DNA of 64,000 nucleotides from NCBI GenBank assembly GCA_030867685.1, contig JAQOWU010000003.1, forward strand, positions 930,001 to 994,000, read 5' to 3'. The notes under the pieces are model-generated. The model made no database searches. It was not told the DNA's origin and worked only from the letters and a program-made list of their open reading frames with translations. Positions 51,801 to 62,200 of this stretch are shown piece after piece. The DNA is from Wickerhamiella versatilis. Its lineage: Eukaryota. The stretch's first letter is position 1, and every line of letters starts with the position of its first letter. A program made the translations under genes and the position numbers.

Positions 51801-51969
51801 TCTTGCTTGCCAGTGCATTTATCACCTCTTTCATTTGTGCAGGCTTGCCTTCGAACACAGTGCTTGTGTATCCTCTGGCATCCTCTGGATTGATCAGGCG
51901 AGGTTTCATATGACTTGGTATCCCAAGTATAGAGCTCGTGCTTCTCCTAATTTCTGGTCGAGAAGACAT
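48883..51969 (-). CDS. GDH2: NAD-specific glutamate dehydrogenase
   Basis: FRDVARGGIRIV, KNKDIPEGGSKG, GPDENTA, QTGGPDGDLGSNE, ANKGGVTSSS. Confidence 0.96.
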   Translation of the reverse strand: MSSRPEIRRSTSSILGIPSHMKPRLINPEDARGYTSTVFEGKPAQMKEVINALASKNLIPIDRIAHEVEWFYNSLGIDESYFAYDSVENIASYILSLYSAKVNADSLPENEWDLRFQRILSDHAVFLDLSIPGESNTTGRNHFEDLIDSKYLSSSNLDKAYRLETFRCQDVMDRPNDHRQLRCYFVWQCDFPQKVSADEVNLEKISNRAFWHRASSHTKQLYQNLIHKAANRMGPISELYEVEGEDEARLVIAYRQQSSPKFFSALSHLYHYYGLTSSRKYVEQFANGFTVIGVYLKPAPFRKHSSSFKQAIYQVYNEISLLYSVPQSEFSEHLRRGELSLQEAIYAHCGLIFVSHFLNRLGPEYEALRDALDMSKSSNFELMNRLKQRLRGETFTREFIFELMTSRVDVLHELYKHFVQIHYVQGNRDAADQSWYSRAYNPGDLFSLIKQKAQDEHEKVVLDALLVFNENIMKTNFFTPTKTALSFRLEPKFLPTTEYPDPLYGMFLVVGQEFRGFHLRFRDVARGGIRIVKSRNHEVWSANARSLFDENYNLANTQQRKNKDIPEGGSKGVILLNEDSQHLATQAFEKYIDAIIDILIPGQTPGIKEAIVDLYGKEEILFMGPDENTAGLVDWATWHAKSRGAPWWKSFFTGKSPKVGGIPHDVYGMTSLSVREYVLGIYRKLKTGTVRKLQTGGPDGDLGSNEILLSTENEIYIAIVDGSGVIADPKGLDKSELRRLAKERVMISHYDTSKLSDEGYRVLVDEQNRTLPNGLHVDSGVTFRNTYHLSAAKLHSIDLFVPCGGRPAAIDISNVGELIDGGKSLISFIVEGANLFITQTAKLSLEKAGCIVFKDASANKGGVTSSSLEVLASLAFDDQGFFENMCVHGNEPPEFYRTYVNEVKERICENARLEFEAIWRDTNLTGEPRSILSDTLSISINRLGDEIVNSNLWDDEAFRNGILCRALPHVLVTELGIHKITKQVPEAYLRAVFASYLSGRYVYEHGIKANQFAFYEFMTRQKQALSLK

Positions 51970-52542
51970 GGGCAGATTAGGGTGATCGTGTGCGGCTCGG
52001 CAAGTATAAATGTTACCTGTTTCCGGGATATTTTAGGGTACGGGTATATATGCCTAAAACACTTAGAGGCTAATAAAAAAGGATGTCCGACTCTGTTCAG
52101 GTAGATAATAATTATTTGATGGTCCATTAGGTGATATTTCTTATAGTTTATATATTAATTTTTCAATTGTATGTATTGAGCTAGGATAAAGCTTATGATA
52201 GGGTTAGGTCAAGTAATCGCGTAAATCCACTATGCGCTTTCGAGCCGCAGCTAAAGTACGAACACATTAAAAAGAATTAAGGTGAATATTTTTTGAAAAA
52301 ATAAGTATTTTGAACCCCCTAATAATTCTATTAAAGCTATTTTTTAATCTTTTATTTAACCTCGATGCCAGGAAGTTATCGAGTATGTTAAGAGGCATGA
52401 TCAAAATTAGTTGGAACAGTACAATTTTTCGACTAATTGAATTTAATCCATGATCATCCTATTTCGTAAATCAGGCCCTTTTCTCACCAAATGCTGGAAG
52501 TATTCATTGGCATACACCGGTGGCTGAGTCACCACTAGTGTC

Positions 52543-52932
52543 ATGAAAGGTTTCGTGCGAATCCGATTGGCACGCATGGGCAGAAAGCACCAGCCAGTTT
52601 ACAATATAGTTGTGTCCCAGGCAAATAAGGCACCAAAAAAACTCCCTATAGAGGTTCTTGGCATGTATCACCCAGTCCCGTCACCGTTAAGCCCCCAGGA
52701 AAAAAGCGCGGGAACTTTTCCAACGAAAGACGTACGTCTCGATTTTCTTCGCGCCCAATATTGGCTTGGAGTAGGTGCTCAGCCTACACCCACTGTTGCA
52801 CGAATTTTCAAGAGAGCTGGAATCCTCCCTCCAAGTTGGCCAGGGCCAAACAAAGCATTACCACTAACAGAGCGTAAAGTGGTTCAAGATATACGGGAAG
52901 CACCAGAAAAAGCTGCTCCGCCTGTCCATTAA
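52543..52932 (+). CDS. MRPS16: Mitochondrial ribosomal protein S16
   Basis: VRIRLARMGRKHQPVYNIVV, PIEVLG, YWLGVGAQPT. Confidence 0.93.
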   Translation: MKGFVRIRLARMGRKHQPVYNIVVSQANKAPKKLPIEVLGMYHPVPSPLSPQEKSAGTFPTKDVRLDFLRAQYWLGVGAQPTPTVARIFKRAGILPPSWPGPNKALPLTERKVVQDIREAPEKAAPPVH

Positions 52933-53011
52933 TGTATATATCCGTACTGGCACTAAGCTTCTATTAAATCTTCGTCTTTATTATATCTGGATCAGAAAAT
53001 ACCGATCACAA

Positions 53012-54973
53012 TCAACACCTCTCGAATACTCTATATAGCCCTGGTAAATTAGCTATCTCCACAACGCATGGCAAAAGGGAGCGCGGGGCTATAAGGTAAA
53101 GTTTCGAAAGCTCAAATATGTTTTCAACTTCTTTGGATGACGCTTGCGAGAAAGGAACATATAAGGCTGCCAAAGCCTTCATAACCCCTCTTAGACACTC
53201 CTTTTCGTTTGACCAGTCACATGCGATCAAGTCGGCCACGAAAGCCGGTAATCGTGCAAAACAGGGATGTACACCTGGAAGAATATGCGGAAGCTGAACA
53301 AGGGTTGGATCCTCATGTTCTTGAAAACGTATAGAAATCTCAAAGTACTCCTGTAGCATATCAGACATACTACAAATTCCATCAAATGTTCCTGCAGAAA
53401 CATCTATCTGGGCTAAATTGAGGAGACTTGTCAAGGACAGCCCATCACCGAGTGAGATGGTTCCAAAGTTCCCGAACTCTGACAGACAGCGCTGATAAAC
53501 TAGTGCTGCAGTGAGTTCATGATAATCTAAAAGATACAAACGAACATCGTACTGGACAGCGGCAAGTCCCCGGCCGGCATCAACAATACCTACAAAGGTG
53601 TGCTCAGCTAGAAGTCTCGTTAGCCTCGGCTCCGCCTCTTGGCGTATTTCAGCCCTCAATTCATCTAAAGAGCTTAGCTCTATCTTTCTCGGCTCCCGAT
53701 TGGATGAGGGTATATGGGGTAGATCTTCATTACTCTGTGTCCTCATCTCTTCCGACCCACTTAGAACAGCAGGAGTCTCATCAATTTGTGGTGTTTCTCG
53801 AGAGAAGGCACTAATTTTCGGCTGCTTAGGGTCTGTCCTGACAACTCTGTACTCTTGTCTAGGGGTAGTGGATGCTGTTGTTGTCGCATAATTGCTAGAC
53901 GAAGATGTCGGGACCGACTCACTGGGTAATGAGGTGGAGGTGATGAATGATTGTACAGAAAAGTCACGTCCAGAATTCTCCATCCTTAACCGCTCTGATA
54001 TCTTATCGCAGATGATCTCAACAATTTCTGCCTCATACAAAAACTGAACCTCCCGTTTTGTCGGATGTACATTGACATCCAGATTCTGCGGAGTGACTTG
54101 GAGACTAAGATACACGAAAGAACGCTCTCCCTTGGGAAGGAAACTAGCATACAGCTTTCTTATGCTGCGAGAGAGTGTCTCGCTTGATACGAGTCTGTTA
54201 TTGACAAATAAAATAAACCCAAAGGCCTTTTTAGAGTAATAATTGAGTCCGGTAACAAGACCTTTGGCACTCTCCAACCCAAGGGCCGGATGTGATTGTA
54301 TATTTACTTCAAGGATGTTTTTGGCCAGTGATGAATCCCATACACGGCGTATCCGATCTATGTGGGTAGCACCACTTATCACGACTGGCGTCGTGTCAGA
54401 GTCACGCTGGCAGGTAAAGTCTGTCCCAGTATAGTGAATCGCATAACGTGTTACAACGTCAAGTATTTTCTGGTATTCATCCCCAGCCCTTAAAGCTTTT
54501 TTGCGTTGAGGAACGTTGTAGAAAAGGTCCTCAACAGTGATCTGAGTTCCATTCAAACCAGCACAAGGCTTCGGTTGATGAAGCATATTTCCCGATGCAA
54601 ATGCGGTTTGAACTGCCATTTTCGAGTCTTTCCTCATCGTTCTAACAGAAAGGTGTGCAATGTGAGAAATAGATGCAAGAGCTTCCCCACGAAAGCCCAG
54701 GGTCGCGATAGTGGCAAGATCAGAAAAGTTAGTTATTTTAGAAGTGGAAAATCTTTCGCAAAGTAAGGGAAGATCTTCCTCTGCTATACCAGAGCCATTA
54801 TCGATAACTTGAAGCAGCTTAAATCCACCTTCCTTTACCACCACACCTATATTCGAAGCCCCACTATCAATGCTGTTTTCCAGTAACTCTTTAAGAGCAT
54901 TTGCTGGACTAATAATTATCTCTCCTGCCGCTATTTTATGAACCACATCGGCATTCAGTCGTTGAATATGCAT
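53012..54973 (-). CDS. MLH1: Mismatch repair protein MutL homologue
   Basis: KIAAGEII, GFRGEAL, DVNVHPTKREV, C-terminal LYRVFERC. Confidence 0.96.
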   Translation of the reverse strand: MHIQRLNADVVHKIAAGEIIISPANALKELLENSIDSGASNIGVVVKEGGFKLLQVIDNGSGIAEEDLPLLCERFSTSKITNFSDLATIATLGFRGEALASISHIAHLSVRTMRKDSKMAVQTAFASGNMLHQPKPCAGLNGTQITVEDLFYNVPQRKKALRAGDEYQKILDVVTRYAIHYTGTDFTCQRDSDTTPVVISGATHIDRIRRVWDSSLAKNILEVNIQSHPALGLESAKGLVTGLNYYSKKAFGFILFVNNRLVSSETLSRSIRKLYASFLPKGERSFVYLSLQVTPQNLDVNVHPTKREVQFLYEAEIVEIICDKISERLRMENSGRDFSVQSFITSTSLPSESVPTSSSSNYATTTASTTPRQEYRVVRTDPKQPKISAFSRETPQIDETPAVLSGSEEMRTQSNEDLPHIPSSNREPRKIELSSLDELRAEIRQEAEPRLTRLLAEHTFVGIVDAGRGLAAVQYDVRLYLLDYHELTAALVYQRCLSEFGNFGTISLGDGLSLTSLLNLAQIDVSAGTFDGICSMSDMLQEYFEISIRFQEHEDPTLVQLPHILPGVHPCFARLPAFVADLIACDWSNEKECLRGVMKALAALYVPFSQASSKEVENIFELSKLYLIAPRSLLPCVVEIANLPGLYRVFERC

Positions 54974-55001
54974 TCATACTTCGCTACTAGGATCAATAAC
55001 C

Positions 55002-55026
55002 TGAGTAACCTGAGTCAGCGACGCGT
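55002..55026. promoter_or_regulatory. Shared MLH1/NSE4 promoter: TGAGTAA, TGAGTCA and MCB ACGCGT
   Basis: All three motifs lie in the 58-bp gap between the divergent ATGs. Confidence 0.55.
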
Positions 55027-55031
55027 AAATT

Positions 55032-56033
55032 ATGGCAGAAGACGATGGGGAGAATAATTCCACTACTGAAGTGAAAAAAGAAGATGATTCTCGTAACCTC
55101 TCTCCCGGATCTCTTGCCAAGTCGCTGAGCCAATATGCTCTATTCAGTAAAGAGCTCCTGGAAGAGAGGGATGAATCGGCTGATTTAACTGCATCACCAG
55201 ATGGAGCCCATCGCGTGTTAGATCGTGCAGATTTACTCTATCAACGTAACGCTGCCACGATAGATGCTCCTGCATTACATGAAATGGATAGAATAGCTTT
55301 CAAGCAAGCTTCTAATGTAGCGATCCATCGTATTCACCAGGCACAAATGGCCAGAGGCAGCGTTTTGACTGGAAGCTCTTTTGTGCGTCGTGTACAGCAA
55401 TTTAGACATGCCTCTTCCCAAGCTTCTCTCACAAATGCCGATCTCCGCAGGCGTATTGGTGGCCGGCTACTACGTCACTCTGTTATCGGATTTGGCGTTG
55501 GTACTATCGCTGATATCGGGGAAGCTTCTAGGCGACAAGCGGCGCCGAGACAAACAATTGAACGAGAAATTGGTGAAGCTGAAGCCGCAACAGAGCTTAA
55601 CACTGCGCAGGTAGGAGAAATGGATCCTCTGAATCACGAAGTACAATTAATTTATGCAGTAATCAAGCAGTTGGCCGAAGAAAACGATGGAGAGCCAATT
55701 GGATTGCATCGTCTCACGCATAACCAGCAGAGTTTTTCGCAATCTGTAGAAAACATATTCTTCCTATCTTTTCTTGTAAAAGAGGGCCGGATCGCTCTGT
55801 TTGAGAAACAAAACGGTGCACTCGCAGTTGTGCCCGTTGAACTGGCAGATGGGCGTAATGGTGTCGCAACCGCAGAAAATCATGGACACACCCTTTCTCG
55901 CAAGCAGTTCGCGCTTAATTATAATGTCAAAAAGTGGCGTCAGCTATGTAAAGTTTTTCGGGATGACCCACAACCATTTATTCGATCTAGAAGACCAAGA
56001 GATTCTTTTGACTTGAGGGCTAGACCTGTATGA
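55032..56033 (+). CDS. NSE4: Smc5/6 kleisin subunit
   Basis: C-terminal SFSQSVENIFFLSFLVKEGRI and W-x-x-L-x-x-x-F motifs. Confidence 0.8.
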   Translation: MAEDDGENNSTTEVKKEDDSRNLSPGSLAKSLSQYALFSKELLEERDESADLTASPDGAHRVLDRADLLYQRNAATIDAPALHEMDRIAFKQASNVAIHRIHQAQMARGSVLTGSSFVRRVQQFRHASSQASLTNADLRRRIGGRLLRHSVIGFGVGTIADIGEASRRQAAPRQTIEREIGEAEAATELNTAQVGEMDPLNHEVQLIYAVIKQLAEENDGEPIGLHRLTHNQQSFSQSVENIFFLSFLVKEGRIALFEKQNGALAVVPVELADGRNGVATAENHGHTLSRKQFALNYNVKKWRQLCKVFRDDPQPFIRSRRPRDSFDLRARPV

Positions 56034-56158
56034 AAGTTTATGAGATAAATTTGAAATACGTGATTTTTTGTCTTTATAAACTACCTAATAAATACCTGAC
56101 TTATTTATTTATGCTAAATTACCTGCCCCGAAGTCCTGCTTCATTTGACACCTTTCTA

Positions 56159-58216
56159 TTAGGAATTGGATATCGCGACCTGTCTCCTATAGTACTCAAC
56201 GAGATCTGCAGATGTCGTAGCATCCTCCGCCGTTTTGTCTTCTCGTTCTCTGATATACCTTGGAAAACGTAATGATATCCCTTTTCCAAGTTCTGATAAT
56301 CCAGCGCGATACACAGGGCTCAATGATAGATCAGCCGTAAGAACTTCCCATACCACGCGCGGTTCAAACCATACATCTGGCTGTTGGTTGGCGGCGGTAT
56401 CATGAGAAACATATGACTTAGGCCTAGAATCAGCCAATGGCGACAATTCAGCATGGAATCTCTGTAAGTCTGCCTCGCTGAATCCTGTTCCGATCTTACA
56501 CACTGATTCGTACTCCTCTGTTTCAGTATTATAACTTCCAAGCAAGAAACCTCCATACCAATTTGTTCTCTTACCTCGCCCGTAGTAGGCCCCTAGCACA
56601 ACCAGATCAAGAGAATCACCAACACCATCAAGATAGTCTTTTTTCAGTTTCAGCCAGTTACGACTTCGCTTAGAGGGCTCATAAGCGGATTCGGAGCCTA
56701 AAAGCATCTTTACCATTAGGCCTTCACAGCTATGTGCTACAGACTCGTCCAAAAATGCTTGAATAGCGTCTATGGAATCAGTATCCATATGCGAAGCTGG
56801 TGAGAACTCGCCGTCAATGAAATTGAGATGTTTTTCTATGAGCTCACGACGCTCTTTCAATGAATGGTGCAACAAGGATTTACCATTTAGGTATAAACAA
56901 TCGAAAACAAACAGATATACCCGTACTTTAATTTCCCCTGATTCAACATCCTTACGCTTTCGAGTTGATAATACCTGGAAAGGTAGAATCTTTTTCTGTT
57001 CGCGATCCCAAGCAACGGCCTCACAGTCTACAATGAAATCTGTAGTGCCCTCTTTACGAATTCGAGGTACTACTTCAAGTATATCCGGATATCTTTGTGA
57101 CATGTCCTCCATATTTCGGCTGAATACATGCATCGAGCCTGACGAAGTGCAGTGTACTTGTGCCCTTTCCCCGTCATACTTGTACTCGCAAGTGAAAGTC
57201 TCATTCTGAAATCTATCAAGCACCTCAGTAATAGATTTCACGGGTTTGGCCAGCATTGGTTTCAGAGGAACTCCAGGAGTTAGCTTGACATGATCGCGTA
57301 AATCACGAAGGCCACCCTCTAGTATAGCCATAACCAGCATTTCATAGTTAGGAAGTTGGCAAAATACATCTTTTACTAGTTCCACAGCCTCCTCGGTAGA
57401 TGGTGGCTCACGATTATGCTGTCGATCATATACCACAAACGCTTCTGCTAAAGCTATTAGCACAGTTTTTTCAGCAAGACCAATGCGAAGTTTACCCTCC
57501 AGGCTTCGAACAATGAATTTAGTCTCGGAACCACGGCATGCAATTAATAGCTGTTTGATAATGTCAATCTTTCTAGACTGGCTCTGGCTTCCTTGAGACT
57601 TTGCTATATCGGTCAACTTCGCAAAAACATTGTCGACGGTGAGTGGCTTTGGCTGCAGAAAGGTCCGCTGTCCCCTTTTGGCACCCAGTGCTACTGTCCC
57701 CAGGTCACCAAGCTTTACATATGACTTTTTAATATCACCAATACTCCTGCCCGTTGACTCTGCAAGAGCCTTCACGATCAGACTTTCACCAAGGCCTAGT
57801 TCCAGCCCTTCATAATCAGGACCTAGGCGATTAATGCATAAATATGCTACTTTAGGCAGTAGTTTCGGCTCTTGTTGAAGGACCTGTTCAAAAAGTTTTG
57901 CACAATGACTGGTAATTTCAAGTCTTTTTGTCGTCTGCTCTATCTTTTCAAAAGTGTCGGCCAGCTGGAGATATTCCACTTGTGTCTTCGCGGGCATAGT
58001 AGGCTGGGATGGGACCGGCTTCGCTATCGATGCTTCAACCCGCGCCTCTAAGGGTGGTTCATTTGACGCTTTTTCTGTGTTCCCGTTCTCAGAAACGCGT
58101 TTTTGTTTTTTAGAATCCTTCCCTCCAGTTGAAGCTGGGCGTTTACCCCAAAATGCGTCGAGCGACGACTGCATGAACAATGAAGAGAGGCGACGCGGTA
58201 GCCGATGCATAAGCAT
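56159..58216 (-). CDS. CDC9: DNA ligase I
   Basis: CEYKYDGERAQ, CEGLMVK, WLKLKKDY, SLRFPR; presequence followed by a PIP-like QSSLDAFW. Confidence 0.97.
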   Translation of the reverse strand: MLMHRLPRRLSSLFMQSSLDAFWGKRPASTGGKDSKKQKRVSENGNTEKASNEPPLEARVEASIAKPVPSQPTMPAKTQVEYLQLADTFEKIEQTTKRLEITSHCAKLFEQVLQQEPKLLPKVAYLCINRLGPDYEGLELGLGESLIVKALAESTGRSIGDIKKSYVKLGDLGTVALGAKRGQRTFLQPKPLTVDNVFAKLTDIAKSQGSQSQSRKIDIIKQLLIACRGSETKFIVRSLEGKLRIGLAEKTVLIALAEAFVVYDRQHNREPPSTEEAVELVKDVFCQLPNYEMLVMAILEGGLRDLRDHVKLTPGVPLKPMLAKPVKSITEVLDRFQNETFTCEYKYDGERAQVHCTSSGSMHVFSRNMEDMSQRYPDILEVVPRIRKEGTTDFIVDCEAVAWDREQKKILPFQVLSTRKRKDVESGEIKVRVYLFVFDCLYLNGKSLLHHSLKERRELIEKHLNFIDGEFSPASHMDTDSIDAIQAFLDESVAHSCEGLMVKMLLGSESAYEPSKRSRNWLKLKKDYLDGVGDSLDLVVLGAYYGRGKRTNWYGGFLLGSYNTETEEYESVCKIGTGFSEADLQRFHAELSPLADSRPKSYVSHDTAANQQPDVWFEPRVVWEVLTADLSLSPVYRAGLSELGKGISLRFPRYIREREDKTAEDATTSADLVEYYRRQVAISNS

Positions 58217-58393
58217 GGCATGATATTGTTCAATATTAGTCCTCTAAAAAGTAGTTTTCAATATCAGCGTCTGCAGCTTTGGAAGAGCGTGTAAATAACT
58301 TTACTTCCAAGTATAGTCGATTAAGATGTTGTTGGAGGTGATAATAATATATAGATTTCCCCAATGTTTGGGCTAGGGTAAATCCTCACTATT

Positions 58394-58954
58394 ATGTCGC
58401 ACACATTGTTTGAGCCAATGGCACCTGGAATTGAAGAAAATCCGGATTATCAGGTTCTTCTTACGAGTTTCAATGCATTGAGAGCATCTTACGCGAAAAT
58501 ACATGTTGAAAATGTGCACCTTCGAAAGCAGCTGGCCATTCTTTCCAAAGACCAGCCTGCAGGCAGTATTTATCCCTTGGTAGCCCCGATATCTGTCAAA
58601 AAAGATTCTCAATTGAAACAGTCTTATGTTCCGCGATATTTAGAAACGGAACCAATTTCCTCCCATGTTGCATCACAAGGCGAGGAAAGAGGAGACCACG
58701 ATATAACCATTGTAGGACCCGATCCGCTTCCAATAATACAGCCTAAGTCCTCAAAGAAGTCATGCAGTCAGTGTGATAAATCATTCTCTCGAACGTCAGA
58801 CCTCAAACGGCACGTGCTTTCATACCACGAGGGTCGAAAATTTCCCTGTAGTCAGTGTGGACAGATCTATTCCAGGAAAGCCACTATGCTTGAGCATCTG
58901 CGCAGCGTTCATCGTGGTGCTGAGCATAACCCAGAGCAGCCCGTAGCCTCGTAA
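58394..58954 (+). CDS. Small C2H2 zinc-finger protein (N-terminal coiled coil, two fingers)
   Basis: CSQC...HVLSYH and CSQC...HLRSVH; heptads LRASYAKIHVENVHLRKQL. Confidence 0.8.
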   Translation: MSHTLFEPMAPGIEENPDYQVLLTSFNALRASYAKIHVENVHLRKQLAILSKDQPAGSIYPLVAPISVKKDSQLKQSYVPRYLETEPISSHVASQGEERGDHDITIVGPDPLPIIQPKSSKKSCSQCDKSFSRTSDLKRHVLSYHEGRKFPCSQCGQIYSRKATMLEHLRSVHRGAEHNPEQPVAS

Positions 58955-59200
58955 TTATTCATTCCATCTTAGCTTTTTCCTTTACTGTAATCATAGGAAC
59001 GTAGAATAGCCTTGCATAATGAAAATAGAATCAATCCTGCAAATTAGAAAAGGTGTTTTTCGAATGTTGATTCCAAATACTTGCTTACAAGCGAATAGCG
59101 AATAGTTGGATATAATCATAGGAATAACCAAAGTTATGTATATATGTAAATACGTGTATATGCTGCAATAAATTTGTTTCCCAAGCGCCCTGCGCATTGG

Positions 59201-62200
59201 TTAGTTAACATGTGCTTCCGACACGTCGATTGTCGTTGTGCTCCTACGTGGGCCACGCGAACGTCTCCTATACATTCTCTCAAGTAACAATGGGCCATCA
59301 AATAACTCGAATAGAAACCTCCGCGCCATTATTTTGTAATGTCCAACACTCAACAACCGTATGACCTCACCGAAAACTTCAGGCGAGGTAAAAAGCTGAG
59401 GGTGAGATGCACGTAAGGCAACCAGTTTATTTGACGCATCATGGGCCATGACAGAGTTAGAGAGCCTTGCGACCTCTCGCAGTAATTCCTGGGTTGACGG
59501 GTCCTGCCGGGGAGGAAACTCAACAGAATCTTCTCGTGTTTCCTTATTTTCTTTCTCCTCTGGGTGACCTTCATCCATGGAAAATTTAGAGCCCGGAAGC
59601 AAACAAGGTGGTAAGACAATTCCCAATGGGCGTCCATAAACATCCTCAGACACTCCCCATCCACTTTGACGAAGAAGCTCCGCACCCTCAAAAGATTGAG
59701 CGGTTAACCCTAATGCATAGAAAGCCGTCCCGCGAATGGTATATATCGGTGACCTCTCAAAACATAAGATCATTTCATGGACGACATTCATGTCCAAGAG
59801 CGCAGCACCCAATGATCTTGATGCAACATGTCCCAGTGCCCAGAGAGATCCTTTTAACTTCGTAACACTCTTTGGATCAGTAGTTTCAAGGTTTTCAGAA
59901 ACAAATTTGGCTAAAGCCGGTACGTCTCCCCGTTGCTGCAGAAGTTTCGCGCCTTGCTCGGTGAGAACCAGCTCACCAAGGAAATGTCGTGGAGGTTGTA
60001 AATTTTGATTATCATTCATGAGGTTTTCTTCCAGATACTCTTCTATCTGGGATACGTACGCATCATTGAACCCATGAAACCAATGATCCATTTCTCTGTC
60101 AACGTAGTCGGTACCCTGCATGAGCTCGAATCCTGCGGGCCGAGTTAAAAAGAGCACATTAAGCACTGCTCCAACATTACCCAAGTGAGCCAGAGTTGGA
60201 CGGAGAGCAATTATACGATCCAGATTAGTATCATCTCTACAAAATTTTTGCAACGCAAAAACTGCAGCTTGTGCCACACTCATTTCGGGATCATATAGTT
60301 GTCCAACAAGAATATCTACAGCCCAAAGTTGCGAATCTTTAGATGTGGAGTTCATCTTTTCCCAGATTAGCTCAGTTGCAAACCGGCGTGTCCTCTTTTC
60401 TGCAGCATGACCTGCCATGACACGCGTCAGTAGGATACGAGGATGCCCAGGTAAGTGATAATCGAAATTCCGCAAGCACGCCCGAACGACATCATCACGT
60501 CCAACATCGCAAATACGATAAAGCATGTTAAATATACGTAAATCCGCGAGAATTTGTTGGCCTACCTGCGATTCGGTGAACACACCGAGCATTTCGAAAT
60601 AAGCAGCTGACAGTGTCGTCCTCAACCTGCGAGATGAAAAAAGCGGCTCTGAAGAAGTAATCCCACTACTCGGATCAAGCTGAGCCAGGCATTCAGCAAC
60701 TTGTCGTAACATCTTGTTTCCTCCGAGATACTTTGCCCCTTCTGGAGTATCCAATAAGGTACGAATGAGCTCTTTAAATACCTCAATAAACCTTCGGTTC
60801 TCTCGTGAAATATGGAGATTTGCAAATCGGTACTTGAATGGTCGGTAAAACGATAGTAGACGTTTCATAAACTTAGAGGTTCGTATTGCCTCGTCCAGTC
60901 TTCGTGGATTCCGAAGTGGGCCCTGAATCAGCTCCACCACTGCATCCCAGTTCCACTGTCGATAAAGCTTAGTAGCTAGAACATGTGTTGACAAAACTAG
61001 CTGTTTGAACGACGCATCATCAATCTGCTGGCCCAGCCTAGCGGAGGTGGTGTTTTGAGTCGTGCCTGCTGTTTGTCTTGAGTAAGAGATAGGTCGTCTT
61101 AGTGTACTTTCTACAGCTAAGACAGGTATTCCAGCTGTTGGTAACGAATGAGGTGGACAGGAAGACATTTCATCGACAATTGGCTGCGGAAGGCGAATAG
61201 CATCAGGCACCAAACTTGGTGGCAAAAGTTGAGATGCAAGCATATATATTTGGCTTAAAAGATTTCGTACCAGAACACTCACAGAAGAGTTTAATTTCTC
61301 TAGCCCGAAAAGCACGTCGATCAACCCCAGTTTCAGTAGCTTAGCCAGAATAAGTACTCGGAAATGGCGTGAATAACAAGAATCGCTGCCCGATATTAAT
61401 TGGGTTATCAGTTTTAATACTGCTTCTTGAGCATTCCTATGAGGAACCAAGAGACTTGCTATCAAAAGCCGTAGATCGAATACCCATTGACCTGCCCAGT
61501 GACGAAGCATGGTGAGCATAATATTGACACCGCACTGTAATCTCTCAATCGACGATTCTTCTGTAAATACCGACAACAAGGATTGAAAATCTTGTCCATA
61601 GTGTAACATCTTCCTTGATTCTGGTCTATCGACTACCCTCGTGCATATCAAAGAAATAGCCTTTCCCACAGCTGGCGAGCTATTGACAGCTGCTAATAGC
61701 AACAATTTGTACGTACCATTGACAAAAATGCCTTCTGGATCAAGAATTGCCAACTCTGCGAATGTCTCGACACAAACCTGTTTGAGACTATCCTTGGGCT
61801 GCTCAGCAATAGCCGCAATAGCATTTGCAATCGATGGACCATTAAGCCCAATACGAGCGACCAGTAATGCCTGTAGTCTTTCAGTCTCATACTCTGGGAT
61901 ATCCTGACGGGCCAGGCTCTGTACACATACCCAATCAAGATGTCCTAGTCGGAGAGCAAGAAGGTTTTCCTTTTGATCTCCCGTTAGAAGTCTTACCAAC
62001 CTGTAGCCCGCTACAACCATTGGAGAGCTCGTAGAACATAATAAACCCTTCAATTTTTCGCCAGCCTGGTCCAAAGCAACTTCTTGACGTAGCATGGGGA
62101 AACTGACAAAAAGGTCAATTAAACGATCAACAACCCGATTAAGACTAGGAACTGACATCGAAGAATCGACAGAATCAAAAAGCCTCGAAAACTGCCGTGA

